A stretch of 18,031 nt of DNA from Thermotogota bacterium (GTDB taxonomy: Bacteria; Bipolaricaulota; Bipolaricaulia; UBA7950; UBA9294). Shown here one piece after another: positions 16,541-18,031 of the stretch. The notes beneath the pieces were generated by a model. The model did not search any database and was not told where the DNA came from. It saw only the letters and a list, made by a program, of their open reading frames with translations. A program made the position numbers and the translations under genes. Each line of letters opens with the position of its first letter. The first letter of the stretch is position 1. The DNA lies in NCBI GenBank assembly GCA_039679545.1, contig JBDKUT010000067.1, positions 1 to 18,031 on the forward strand, given 5' to 3'.

Positions 16541-17496
16541 GAATCCCTGGAAGCACGCTCTTCTCGTCTCGCTATCGGCTGTTCCAGAAGCGCCTCCATC
16601 CGATCACCAAAGAGTGGGGCCTGACCTTCTACGTGCTTCGGCACAGCAAGCTGGCCGTCATCGGAGGGCTGATTGCCCTTGCGTTCATGCTCATCGCGCT
16701 CTTCGGAAGCCTGCTCGCTCCGTACGACCCCATCAGCGCCAACATCCAGGACCGATTCCAGCCGCCCTCGGCGTCGCACCCCATGGGAACCGATACGATG
16801 GGGCGCGACGTCCTGAGCCGTATGCTGGCCGGGGCGCAGCACAGCATCAAGGCGGGGCTGATCGTCCTCGCGATCGCTGTTCCTCTCGGCGTTCTCCTGG
16901 GGGGGATTGCCGGCTTGTTCGGCGGGTGGATCGATGAGGTCATCATGCGGGTCACTGACATGTTCCTCGCGTTCCCTTCGTTGGTCCTGGCGATGGCGTT
17001 CTCGGCCGCCCTCGGGCCATCCCTGTTCAACGCAATGATCGCCCTGTCGATCGTCTGGTGGCCGATGTACGCTCGCCTCGTTCGGGGACAGGCACTGGCG
17101 GTCAGAGAGACGAGCTACGTCGAAGCCGCCCGGTCCCGGGGAGCGAGCAACTGGCACATCATGTTCAAGCACATCCTGCCGAACTGCTTGTCGCCGATCC
17201 TCGTGACGTTGACGCTTGACATGGGGTGGGTCATCACCGCCGCTGCATCGCTCAGCTTCCTCGGGTTCGGCGCCCAGCCTCCGATTCCGGAGTGGGGCCG
17301 GATGGTCAGCGACGGTCGAATCTACATGCTGCGCGCGTGGTGGATGTCTGTGTTCCCCGGACTCGGCATCGTGTTGGTGGTACTGGGGTTCAACCTTCTG
17401 GGGGACGGGATCCGTGACTCGCTGGACCCGAAGCTTCGAAGACTGACGGAGGTGACATGGAAACCCGAGAAGACCTCCTCGTCGTCGACAGACTGA
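16537..17496 (+). CDS. dppC: Peptide ABC transporter permease DppC/OppC family, ~319 aa
   Basis: Start re-called at ATG 16537 (ATGA overlap with the dppB stop). Motifs: APYDP, HPMGTDTMGRDVLSR, MRVTDMFLAFP, YVEAARSRGA, HILPN, LSFLGFGAQPPIPEWG and FNLLGDGIRDSLDPK. Confidence 0.95.
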   Translation: MRIPGSTLFSSRYRLFQKRLHPITKEWGLTFYVLRHSKLAVIGGLIALAFMLIALFGSLLAPYDPISANIQDRFQPPSASHPMGTDTMGRDVLSRMLAGAQHSIKAGLIVLAIAVPLGVLLGGIAGLFGGWIDEVIMRVTDMFLAFPSLVLAMAFSAALGPSLFNAMIALSIVWWPMYARLVRGQALAVRETSYVEAARSRGASNWHIMFKHILPNCLSPILVTLTLDMGWVITAAASLSFLGFGAQPPIPEWGRMVSDGRIYMLRAWWMSVFPGLGIVLVVLGFNLLGDGIRDSLDPKLRRLTEVTWKPEKTSSSSTD

Positions 17497-18031
17497 AGAC
17501 GCAGTTCTTCACGTACGGAGGCGTCGTCGAAGCCCTCGATGAGGTCAGCTTCGAGATCCGCCGCGGCGAGATCTTCGGACTGGTCGGGGAAAGCGGATGC
17601 GGCAAGTCCGTGACAGCGACGTCGATCCTTGGGCTCGTCGCGAAACCGGGCAAGATCGTCTCGGGACGCGTGCTCTTCGACGGAGAGGACCTCGTCGAGA
17701 AGAGCGAGCAGGAGATGAACCGCGTCCGAGGCTCTCGCATCGCGATGATCTTCCAGGACCCGACCAGTTCGCTCAATCCGCTGTTCCGGATCGGGTACCA
17801 GGTCGCCGAGCCGTACATCTACCACCAGCACCGCGCCAAAGGGCAGGCGCTGAAGGACGCGACGAAGATCCTCGCCAAGACTGGACTCCCCGACGCCGTG
17901 GAGAAGGCGAGGAACTATCCCCACGAGCTGTCCGGGGGAATGCGCCAGCGGGCGATGATCGCCATGTCGCTCACCTGCGAGCCAGACCTGTTGATCGCGG
18001 ACGAGCCCACGACGAACCTCGACGTGACGAT
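17457..18031 (+). CDS. dppD: Peptide ABC transporter ATP-binding subunit DppD/OppD family, truncated at the right edge
   Basis: ATG 17457 with SD GGAGGTG (17448-17454). Reads [32 protein letters not shown], with Walker [13 protein letters not shown]-loop [12 protein letters not shown], signature [12 protein letters not shown] and Walker [15 protein letters not shown]. Not in the ORF track because it is truncated. Confidence 0.95.
   Translation, partial: METREDLLVVDRLKTQFFTYGGVVEALDEVSFEIRRGEIFGLVGESGCGKSVTATSILGLVAKPGKIVSGRVLFDGEDLVEKSEQEMNRVRGSRIAMIFQDPTSSLNPLFRIGYQVAEPYIYHQHRAKGQALKDATKILAKTGLPDAVEKARNYPHELSGGMRQRAMIAMSLTCEPDLLIADEPTTNLDVT

Overview
GC-rich bacterial window containing three modules. 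(1) An oligopeptide ABC importer with a split layout: the 5' end of an oppD-type ATPase gene runs off the left edge on the minus strand (absent from the ORF track), divergent from oppA-oppB-oppC. The ~490-bp intergenic region holds two back-to-back sigma70-like promoters and two long structured leaders, one of which buries the oppA Shine-Dalgarno site in a hairpin. (2) A translationally coupled operon at 4387-13591 with its own promoter: a secreted/membrane protein with a class I glutamine-amidotransferase-like fold, a polytopic membrane protein, a membrane-anchored protein with a long acidic tail, a MoxR AAA+ ATPase, a 40-codon micro-ORF where a DUF58 gene usually sits, a BatA-type VWA protein and a large double-VWA membrane protein. 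(3) A second Dpp/Opp-family importer (SBP, two permeases, ATPase truncated at the right edge). No mobile elements, CRISPR arrays, rRNA or tRNA genes were seen. All product calls come from motif recognition by eye, not database searches.
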